A DNA stretch of 64,000 bases from the IMG/VR virus record IMGVR_UViG_3300006919_000001, positions 1-64,000 of that record; one strand, given 5' to 3'. The DNA comes from a virus. Below are positions 56,463 to 64,000 of this stretch, piece by piece (within the stretch, counting starts at the first letter, position 1; each line of letters opens with the position of its first letter). The notes beneath the pieces are model-generated. The model made no database searches, had not been told where the DNA came from, and saw only the letters and a list, made by a program, of their open reading frames with translations. The position numbers were made by a program, and so were the translations under genes.

Positions 56463-57203
56463 TTATTTTGCGTATCTTCTTTGTTCTCTCATCTTCCTTT
56501 CTTTGATGACCCTTAAATTCTCATGAATATGAGCGTAGGTTGCATCTGAATAAGAATTCATTTGAGTTAAAGCATAGCTTACTTGCCAAGCTTCATCATA
56601 AGAACTATTAAAGTCCTTACATATTTTTTTTATTGTTGACAGCATGTTGAATTGTTGCATCCTATGAATTCCAGCAGTTTGCATATCTTCATTGGGTACC
56701 TCAACCGAGGCGAATCTTTTTTTCCACTCTAGCTGTGATTCTTTTAGATTTTTGTAAATCCAATTATACAATCCAACCATATCTACCAATGATTCATTCT
56801 CTATTTTTTCAATAAAGTCTTTAAACTTTTTACAATCCGAATCATAGTGGTCATCTATATTTTTCTCATAGCATGATATTGCTATCATCCTACTCATCAT
56901 ATTTACAACATCTGAATCTTCATCCACTGAGCCAAGGAAAGAATTTATTTCCATCATTGCCTTGAACGATATTGAATCTATATTGCTAGGTCTTTTTATA
57001 TTTCCTTTTTCATTATACTCCAATTCCTCAAGGTCAAGATTTTGACCATGCTTGATTATAAGTAATGCTTTTTTTAGTGCTCCGCTAAATCCAATATTAT
57101 TGAAGAACCAAAGCTTCTTATATCCAACGACTTCTTCAACAACTCCAGTAACATCGATGGAGCTTCCAGTTATCTTTGTTAAGTCTTTTAATCTCAATTT
57201 CAT
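56463..57203 (-). CDS. hypothetical protein, possibly tail assembly chaperone
   Basis: context; YDEAWQVSY-type C-terminal motif. Confidence 0.45.
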   Translation of the reverse strand: MKLRLKDLTKITGSSIDVTGVVEEVVGYKKLWFFNNIGFSGALKKALLIIKHGQNLDLEELEYNEKGNIKRPSNIDSISFKAMMEINSFLGSVDEDSDVVNMMSRMIAISCYEKNIDDHYDSDCKKFKDFIEKIENESLVDMVGLYNWIYKNLKESQLEWKKRFASVEVPNEDMQTAGIHRMQQFNMLSTIKKICKDFNSSYDEAWQVSYALTQMNSYSDATYAHIHENLRVIKERKMREQRRYAK

Positions 57204-57280
57204 TTTACCTAGTTTTTTAAAATAGAAAAGGAGCCGTTTTAAGGGCCCCTAATTTTTATTCTATATATTTGTATTAAACC

Positions 57281-57853
57281 TTATTGATTATCCCTTATGG
57301 TTGCGCTATGATATTCCTCGTAGGTTAGATTAACAAAGATTGCTAACGGGATTGCCGCCACAACCTCTCCCCAAGCTACTGAGTATATTTTTAATACGAA
57401 TCCTCCGACAAACCCGAGTATTCCAACTATGGCTCCAATCAAGGCGATTAACTGTGCTCTTTTTGACCTATGGTAAGTTACCATTGCAACATACCCAAAT
57501 AGGATTGCGCTTCCGGTTCCAGCCAAATGCAAAGCCTCTATTATCTTTGATGGGTTATTTACACTAAATGTAATTACCGTTCCAAACAAATAAGCCACTG
57601 CTATAAAACATTGTCCCAATGTAATTCTACCAAGTAACCAAATTTTAGTTATCTCAACTTCTTTATTCGGATTTGTAAAACCCGATATCATAAATAAGGA
57701 TGATATACATACTAGCGTTGAATATAAAAGTGGGTCATGCATAGTTCCAGCATATTGACTCCAACTTGGATATAAATTTAGTACGGCCATAAGTAATCCA
57801 AGGACTAATGAAATTGCCGTTAAAATTCTTACATTTAAGATTGCTCTTTTCAT
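57281..57853 (-). CDS. polytopic membrane protein
   Basis: about six hydrophobic helices. Confidence 0.7.
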   Translation of the reverse strand: MKRAILNVRILTAISLVLGLLMAVLNLYPSWSQYAGTMHDPLLYSTLVCISSLFMISGFTNPNKEVEITKIWLLGRITLGQCFIAVAYLFGTVITFSVNNPSKIIEALHLAGTGSAILFGYVAMVTYHRSKRAQLIALIGAIVGILGFVGGFVLKIYSVAWGEVVAAIPLAIFVNLTYEEYHSATIRDNQ

Positions 57854-57993
57854 AGTTTTGTTTTTTAATGGATATCTACCCTAATGGTTTTGCATTAGAA
57901 TCGATTTTAAACAATAAAAGAGGCCCTCTACGAGCCTCTAATGTGTTTTGTATATATTTATGTCACTATATAAAAGATAAGCCGTTAGACCTC

Positions 57994-58365
57994 TTATTTT
58001 AAATAGTCTCCATTGGTTAACATTTTCTCAAACGTTTCCAATCTAACCAGTAATCCTTTTTTATGAGAAGCGATTGCAACTCCAGAAGCTCTTTTTAATT
58101 TTGCAATCAAAGTTTCTAACTCAGCTTTTGGTAGTAATTCTTCTTTTTCTTTTTCCTCCTGAACCAAAGCAATCTCAGCCTCCTCAGCCTTCTTACCAGA
58201 AATCTCTGCTAATTTATCTAATGCAGATTTGATTAGTTCATTTGCTTTTTTGCCGGGCTTCCAAACTCCCTCAATTCCCAAATCGGTAAACTTTGATTTT
58301 AAATCTCCGTATTTTACTTTTGATAATGATTCGAATGTCTCTCCTTTTCCTTGTGTATTTTCCAT
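57994..58365 (-). CDS. hypothetical protein
   Basis: 123 aa ORF. Confidence 0.65.
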   Translation of the reverse strand: MENTQGKGETFESLSKVKYGDLKSKFTDLGIEGVWKPGKKANELIKSALDKLAEISGKKAEEAEIALVQEEKEKEELLPKAELETLIAKLKRASGVAIASHKKGLLVRLETFEKMLTNGDYLK

Positions 58366-58377
58366 AATTTGTTTTTG

Positions 58378-58677
58378 TTAAATTAAACCTTTTAATTGTT
58401 TTTCTAGTTTTTTTGATGCTATTACATCCCGGATAATTGCAAGGTGCCCATACAATTCATATGGTTCAAATGCTTTTAGCATCTCCTCATTGTCTTCTGC
58501 AAATCCGGTTTCACACCAAGTCTTAAATTCATCTAGCGTTTTAAATTGCTGGATGAGGTTTGTTGGCTTGAGCAATTCTTCAAACATGGCATCCATCTCT
58601 GTATGCCCATAATTTTTTCCCTCGAAGTGTTCGCCTCCGTTTTGGTTATCTTCGTTATACATATCCTCTGGTGTCAT
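58378..58677 (-). CDS. hypothetical protein
   Basis: 99 aa ORF. Confidence 0.6.
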   Translation of the reverse strand: MTPEDMYNEDNQNGGEHFEGKNYGHTEMDAMFEELLKPTNLIQQFKTLDEFKTWCETGFAEDNEEMLKAFEPYELYGHLAIIRDVIASKKLEKQLKGLI

Positions 58678-58842
58678 TTTGATTATTATTAATCGTTATC
58701 GTCGAAGTCGCTTGGGTCTCCGTATTTTGAATATAAAATATCTGAAACTATCAAAGATACTATCAAAATGATTATTAGTCTTACACAGTCCTCCATAATG
58801 TTCTATTTTAAAGGCCGGCTTTTTACACCGGCTCTGTTAAAC

Positions 58843-59055
58843 TTAACTTCTAAGCGCTTGGATTATTTCCTCCGCCATTATATTGGCTTGCTCTTCTTTT
58901 CTTTTCCTCGTGTCTCGGGTTAGTGTTTCTAGGTGGATTTCTGTTCCATCTATTTTAACAATTTTCTGTCCCGCCAATAAGGCTCCTACAACTTGCTCAT
59001 GGTCTGTGTTTGGTAAAAATTTCATAACGGTATTTTTTATAGTTTTATAATTCAT
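58843..59055 (-). CDS. hypothetical protein (start revised to MNYKTI)
   Basis: ATG just after upstream stop. Confidence 0.55.
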   Translation of the reverse strand: MNYKTIKNTVMKFLPNTDHEQVVGALLAGQKIVKIDGTEIHLETLTRDTRKRKEEQANIMAEEIIQALRS

Positions 59056-59062
59056 AATTTTA

Positions 59063-59626
59063 TTAGTCAACAATTTTCATTCCTAATTTTTTCTCAGCCT
59101 CTTCTTTTGTAATGGTTGTCACAATATCAACCCACCCCGTTTCTGGAGAAAATACTATTACATTCTCACCATGGCCCATTGCCCAAACTCGATTATAATT
59201 ATCTACGTGCCAAAATTCAGAAATAGAAATAACTTTATCACCGTCTCCTCTTACTTGAGCTCCACCCGAATAACCCTTTTTATTAAATTGTATTTTTAAT
59301 GCCTCATGTATTTCTTTCCCAGTCATTTCAATCAATTGCTGCGACCATCTAGTATTCGACCATGAACTTACGGCCCATTCTCCATCACTAATTTCAAAAT
59401 GCTCATGTTGAACTGAACCTTCGAAAAAACCATCCTTGGTAATAGATTTAATTAGTATTTCATAATTAATACTAGTTTCTTCGTATCCATCTGGAAGTCT
59501 ATACCATTTTCCAACTTCTAATTTAATTGGAAATAATCTTGGGAAAATGGCCTTAACTTCTGAAAGTTTTGGTACATAATTTTGCTCGTTTAAATTTTTA
59601 ATAAATTCTTTTTGTTCTGCGTTCAT
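59063..59626 (-). CDS. hypothetical protein
   Basis: 187 aa; KLEVGKWY and ITKEEAEKKLG motifs common in phage early proteins. Confidence 0.7.
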   Translation of the reverse strand: MNAEQKEFIKNLNEQNYVPKLSEVKAIFPRLFPIKLEVGKWYRLPDGYEETSINYEILIKSITKDGFFEGSVQHEHFEISDGEWAVSSWSNTRWSQQLIEMTGKEIHEALKIQFNKKGYSGGAQVRGDGDKVISISEFWHVDNYNRVWAMGHGENVIVFSPETGWVDIVTTITKEEAEKKLGMKIVD

Positions 59627-59671
59627 GATTTTAAAATTTGTGGGTCTATATTTATTTTTAAATAACCCGGT

Positions 59672-60121
59672 TTATAATTTTACTTCTTTTAATAATCCTA
59701 CTTGAGTCTGTGTTGCCTTGGTAAGTAAGTCAACTGCATTAGTATACTTCTCTACCAACTTCTCAACCTCTTTAAAGTTCTTAACTAATTCTCCCATCAT
59801 TATGGCTTTAGATACTGAGGCCACACAGGATAAATCAAAACTTCCCATTGAACCAGTATTGAGTTCTAATTTTGTACTTTCCTCTTTATTGAAAAAGTCT
59901 TCCCTGTAATACATATTGATATCAGACCCAAAAACTCTTTTACCATCCTTTTTTTCCACCAACAATTCTACTTGGTCTGAATAAACTACCGCTTTAAAAT
60001 CTTCACTAAAATTTAATCCTATTACCCTAAGGCTTGATACAAATTCATCTGACATGAATTGGCGTGCATTTTTTAAAGTTGAATAAAGTGCTTTAATTTG
60101 TTGAGCGTTTGAATTTTTCAT
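59672..60121 (-). CDS. hypothetical early protein
   Basis: behind promoter 60158-60195 and conserved leader. Confidence 0.7.
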   Translation of the reverse strand: MKNSNAQQIKALYSTLKNARQFMSDEFVSSLRVIGLNFSEDFKAVVYSDQVELLVEKKDGKRVFGSDINMYYREDFFNKEESTKLELNTGSMGSFDLSCVASVSKAIMMGELVKNFKEVEKLVEKYTNAVDLLTKATQTQVGLLKEVKL

Positions 60122-60405
60122 AATATTTGATTTTAGTATTTGTTATTATTCGTTATCCAAATATACACCCACTTTATGGAATCCACACGCTTTTTTTAAA
60201 AGAATTTTTTTTTTTTTTATTAATGCTCAGTTAGCTAGGTTCGTATCAAAAAATTTTGTAACTTTGGTTCGATGTCTTTATTTTTCCCTTGTTTCCAGTT
60301 TAAACTTTTTAGACATTACTTCCCAAATTCCTTTTGGTGAAAGAAAATTGTCCGGAGTTCTCATAATGTTTGAATTTAAAGGGGGCCTTTCGACCCCTCT
60401 ATTAA

Positions 60406-61197
60406 TTATATCTTTGATAATCTCTCTTGTTCTTTTTTAAGGTCTTTCTCCAAGTAAGCTATTCTATTTACTATATGAGTAGACTCTTCCATTGCTCGGT
60501 CAATTGTTTTCTCATTGGTATCCACTATCCATTGTTTATAAACCTCGTATGAACCTTGAAATATTTCATCCCTATGGTCTTGTGGAAATTCACTCCAGTT
60601 ATCATTTGTGATAAATCTGTTGGCATCATTCGCATTGATATACTCAATCCAATCTTCTCTAGTGAGTTTTGATAACATATCAGATTTCACATAGGCATTT
60701 TTAATATGCTTTTCCAACCTTGAAATATCATCCATCTTTCTCTGTTTCTTATTTTTCAAAGCAATCACTTTCTTAATCTCCTTAGCCAATACCATATTCC
60801 CTGTTTTAGGAAGGTTCGTTTTGGTTAGATATCTATAGTGGTCTCTCTGAATATACCCTCCAGCTATAATTGCTTCGGTTGAAAAACTATATCTCTTTCC
60901 ACCTCTTTCAATTTCTCCAGTCATTTCAAAATTACCTTTTACTGAGGTACCAGCATTGAACCATAATAACATATCATCTTCATTGGTGTAGCTAATAATG
61001 CTTTTGCATATATCATGTATCAATTGTAATTCAATACACTCTTTACCAAACTCGGTAACTGGCATTGCATTTTTTTCTGACTCCATCCATTTAATAGTGC
61101 TTTCAATTTTTTTCTCAATCTGAGGCTTCATTGAATTTAACACGTTCTTTAACACTTGGTTTTTCGAAGACTCGATGTACTGGTTTGTAAATTTCAT
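60406..61197 (-). CDS. hypothetical early protein
   Basis: 263 aa behind promoter 61221-61252; hairpin GGGG...CCCC downstream. Confidence 0.7.
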   Translation of the reverse strand: MKFTNQYIESSKNQVLKNVLNSMKPQIEKKIESTIKWMESEKNAMPVTEFGKECIELQLIHDICKSIISYTNEDDMLLWFNAGTSVKGNFEMTGEIERGGKRYSFSTEAIIAGGYIQRDHYRYLTKTNLPKTGNMVLAKEIKKVIALKNKKQRKMDDISRLEKHIKNAYVKSDMLSKLTREDWIEYINANDANRFITNDNWSEFPQDHRDEIFQGSYEVYKQWIVDTNEKTIDRAMEESTHIVNRIAYLEKDLKKEQERLSKI

Positions 61198-61263
61198 AAT
61201 ATTTGGTTTTAAATTATATGTAAAGATACACCTTTTTTGAATACCTCACAACGTTTATTTCAA

Positions 61264-61449
61264 TTATCTTTTAGTGATTTGATTCCATCTCTTTGAAGCT
61301 TCCTTTAGTGAGGTGAATCTTTGCATGCTAACAACCTTAATTTCATTAGTCACCTCGACATAGTATTGACTTGAATCATATGATACGATTCCAAAAGAAC
61401 AACTGTTTGTTCCGTATGTGTTTTGGTAAGTGTGTTTTTGAGTTTTCAT
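61264..61449 (-). CDS. hypothetical early protein
   Basis: behind promoter 61471-61502. Confidence 0.6.
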   Translation of the reverse strand: MKTQKHTYQNTYGTNSCSFGIVSYDSSQYYVEVTNEIKVVSMQRFTSLKEASKRWNQITKR

Positions 61450-61521
61450 AATCTATATTTTTCTTATATGTAAAGATACATATAATTCTAATACGAACCT
61501 ACAAATAAATTATTTTCTAAA

Positions 61522-61770
61522 TTAATTCTCCAGAGTTAATTCTCCATCATAGACTATAAAAACGTCCTTTGCCCAAGACCTTGAAAACTCCCCAATATGA
61601 AACGGGTCATCTTTCGACAGGTGAACCAGTGTGCCATCGAATAAATCATCCGCATGTTCTCCGCTGGTCAATATGATTTTACCATCTCCGGAACCAGACT
61701 CCATAATTACAAGCTGAGGTGTGTCCCAATTAATGGCTTGTACCTCATGTGGTGTTGCTTTACTTTTCAT
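61522..61770 (-). CDS. hypothetical protein
   Basis: 82 aa ORF. Confidence 0.6.
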   Translation of the reverse strand: MKSKATPHEVQAINWDTPQLVIMESGSGDGKIILTSGEHADDLFDGTLVHLSKDDPFHIGEFSRSWAKDVFIVYDGELTLEN

Positions 61771-61772
61771 AA

Positions 61773-62147
61773 TTATATTTTTTCAGCGTTAATTTTTACT
61801 ACTAATCTTCTCACATACGTTGGATGGGAACCAATAGTTTTGGCAATCTCTTTTGGAATGGTATTACCTAAAGCTATTTGCTCTCTCACTTGGTCAATCC
61901 TACTTGGGACATCCTTTTTCATATGCACCGGCGTTGGAAGTTCTATTTCAACAACCTTAACTGGTACCGTTGAAAAATGCTTTTTAAACATAGCTGGCGT
62001 GGTTGTAATAACCGTTTCATCATCTACTGTAATAGTTGCCGCTCTTGTAGTAAGCTTCGTTAGAACGCCTAATACTGCTCCATTAAATTTCTTACCATCG
62101 ATTTGGTAAGGTGTGTTTACTGCAATAACTTGGTCTTGTAATTTCAT
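61773..62147 (-). CDS. hypothetical protein with C-terminal HTH
   Basis: PKEIAKTIGSHPTYVRRL. Confidence 0.6.
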   Translation of the reverse strand: MKLQDQVIAVNTPYQIDGKKFNGAVLGVLTKLTTRAATITVDDETVITTTPAMFKKHFSTVPVKVVEIELPTPVHMKKDVPSRIDQVREQIALGNTIPKEIAKTIGSHPTYVRRLVVKINAEKI

Positions 62148-62344
62148 AATATTTGATTTTAATTGTTTATTTTTACTTCTATTAATTTATAACCCTTGGC
62201 TTTCCCACCAAGCTTTTTCAATATCTCTAGGCCATCGCTCATAACCACTGTTGTGTTATCAACTCTTTTACCCCTCTTATATAGTTTAAATGTTCTCATA
62301 ATATTTGGTTTGATAAAGATAATGAATAGTTCCTTACGAACCTA

Positions 62345-62590
62345 CTATAATCCAATAAACTTTACATTAAATAATTCATCTGATAATCTATTGGCTTTTG
62401 CCATACTCAGTTTCGCAGTATCCTTGAGTTTCTGGCTGTAAGTATCATCATTAACCCTAATTGATATATTGTCCCTAAAGACCTCTCTACCCTTCGGAGA
62501 CTTAGCCACAACTAATAAATACTGGATATTGTCAGCTCCCTCATTTACTCTTACTCCGTCATACTCTATTGTTACTAAACCTAATTTCAT
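62345..62590 (-). CDS. hypothetical early protein
   Basis: behind promoter 62625-62656. Confidence 0.6.
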   Translation of the reverse strand: MKLGLVTIEYDGVRVNEGADNIQYLLVVAKSPKGREVFRDNISIRVNDDTYSQKLKDTAKLSMAKANRLSDELFNVKFIGL

Positions 62591-62720
62591 AATGTTTGAT
62601 TTTAATGTTATTATTTCGTCTATCCAAAGATAAGTATAAATTCCTTATGAACCTACACTTATCTGAAAAACTTTTCTAAAGTTGAGGTATACCCTCAAAT
62701 GATTTGGAGCTATGCTCCAA

Positions 62721-63077
62721 CTAGAAATCCGATTTAATTAAATCCTGACATATAATAACCATCTCTTCCAACATTTGGCTGGTCAATACTGTATGATTAT
62801 CCACACTATCATCTAAGTGGCGTTTAAGTTGATTTGCAACCTTCCTCTTCTCAAACTCTACTTGGTCATATTCTACATGTTCCTCCTTGAGATACATCGT
62901 TAGAACGCCTCCATTGCAGTCATAGTATCCCGGGAACGATACGTAGAGGTATCCATTTTCCTCTGCTTCTTTACATACTATCTTTTGACCATCTAGGTTT
63001 TCAATAACCTCTTGTTCCATTTGCACATAGTCCGCTAACTCTAATGCAAATCCATTTGTTCTAAATACTCCTTTCAT
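62721..63077 (-). CDS. hypothetical early protein
   Basis: conserved leader AATCAAACATT-ATG. Confidence 0.65.
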   Translation of the reverse strand: MKGVFRTNGFALELADYVQMEQEVIENLDGQKIVCKEAEENGYLYVSFPGYYDCNGGVLTMYLKEEHVEYDQVEFEKRKVANQLKRHLDDSVDNHTVLTSQMLEEMVIICQDLIKSDF

Positions 63078-63663
63078 AATGTTTGATTTTTATAATTGTT
63101 ATTAATACTCTGGTGTGAATTCTTCTATCTTAGCCAACACCTCTGTCAACTCAGCTTCCATATTATTATTGTAAAAATGATTTCTTTGTGTTTGCAAGTA
63201 AGCTAATTCTGATAAATTTCTCATGGTGTATATATTTTTCGTTATCCAAAGATACAGAAAAGAATAACATGAACCTACTCTTTTCTGAAATCTTTTTAGA
63301 ATTAATTGAGGGGAACCCTCAAAACTTTGAGACTGTGTCTCAACTAATTATTCTCCTTCAGATTTTCATACAAATCTATTACATCCACCTCCACATAATC
63401 TCCATTGGATAGGTTTAACAAAGTCGTTCTGTCATCTCGGTTGTCCATACTCACTACATATACTTTCATAATCTATATTTATTTATATCTAAATATACAA
63501 ACAATTCTAATAAGAACCTACACTTTCTCTTGATATATTTTCAGGAAAGTTCTTTGTTTACTTGATTTTTTTTTTTTAAAAAAGTTCGGTGGAGTCCAGT
63601 CTTCCGGAGTTGGCGTTACTCCCGGCCCTTGTCACCTCTCGGTTTTTAGAAATCAGTTTTCTA

Positions 63664-63768
63664 TTAAATCAGGCGGGTGCCTACATAGATTACTGCGCTG
63701 GTAATTATAATGGCTATTACCAGTAAGAAGACTACGTCTACTTTGTCCATTTTTTCATCGTCTTTCAT
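63664..63768 (-). CDS. 34 aa single-pass membrane peptide (MKDDEKMDKV...)
   Basis: conserved leader, promoter 63804-63835, one hydrophobic helix. Confidence 0.5.
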   Translation of the reverse strand: MKDDEKMDKVDVVFLLVIAIIITSAVIYVGTRLI

Positions 63769-64000
63769 AATGTTTGTTTTATAAAGGTTATTATTAATAT
63801 ATCTAAATATACAAATAATAACCTTTGCCTCCTACATAAATCTTAGTTATTTGCCCAAGTAATACATTTGAAGTTTGCATCACCAGCATCTAGAACAATC
63901 GTGTATTCTAAATCCACGTGCATTAAATGTGGGGAACGGTCTGTGTAATGGTATGTAAATACAGCACTACCGCCTACGTAGGTTTTTGTGATATAGTCAT

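Larger units (their letters stand above)
61471..63835 (-). promoter_or_regulatory. cluster of six GTAGG-N19-TA(T)(C/A)TTT(A/G) promoters
   Basis: -7 boxes at 61471, 62314, 62625, 63247, 63490, 63804, each exactly 19 nt from GTAGG. Confidence 0.8.

Noticed and set aside
613-63412. All plus-strand ORFs in the six-frame track
   Set aside because: They are antisense shadows of minus-strand genes or span promoter regions, with no recognisable motifs or leaders
61471-63835. CRISPR-like array from the recurring ACGAACCTAC motif
   Set aside because: Copies are hundreds of bases apart, separated by ORFs, and sit at a fixed distance from -7 boxes, so they are promoters

Overview
A 64 kb segment of an AT-rich lytic tailed-phage genome, probably siphovirus-like, with every credible gene on the minus strand. 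The host is very likely Bacteroidota (Flavobacteriia-like), judged from TAnnTTTR -7 promoter boxes, A-rich Shine-Dalgarno-free start contexts and a Bacteroidota-type lipoprotein. In transcription order (right to left) the window holds: small early genes with repeated promoters (58-64 kb); a virion module (putative neck/tail genes, tape measure, InPase-ClpP-scaffold fusion, capsid, tail tube, several receptor-binding proteins) and lysis genes (34.8-57 kb); a DEDDh exonuclease; a 7-deazaguanine DNA-modification cluster (queD, queE, ParB-N, dpdA-like, folE, dut, a second TGT-fold protein, a P-loop kinase, queC); a DnaE polymerase split into two genes; an ECF sigma factor; recombination genes (SSB-like, SbcCD, RecA, RuvC-like, SNF2); nucleotide-metabolism and repair genes (NDT-like, denV, HAD, RNase H, PRT, nrdA); a T5 A1-like nuclease and a SprT protease. 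The most unusual signals are: (i) a catalytically dead half-intein-like clasp at the DnaE split; (ii) two transglycosylase-fold enzymes plus a GATC-rich inverted repeat and a tRNA-like RNA inside the modification cluster, in a genome that otherwise appears to avoid GATC; (iii) three tRNA-like elements, all with aberrant anticodon arms. All calls come from motif recognition by eye; no database searches were run.
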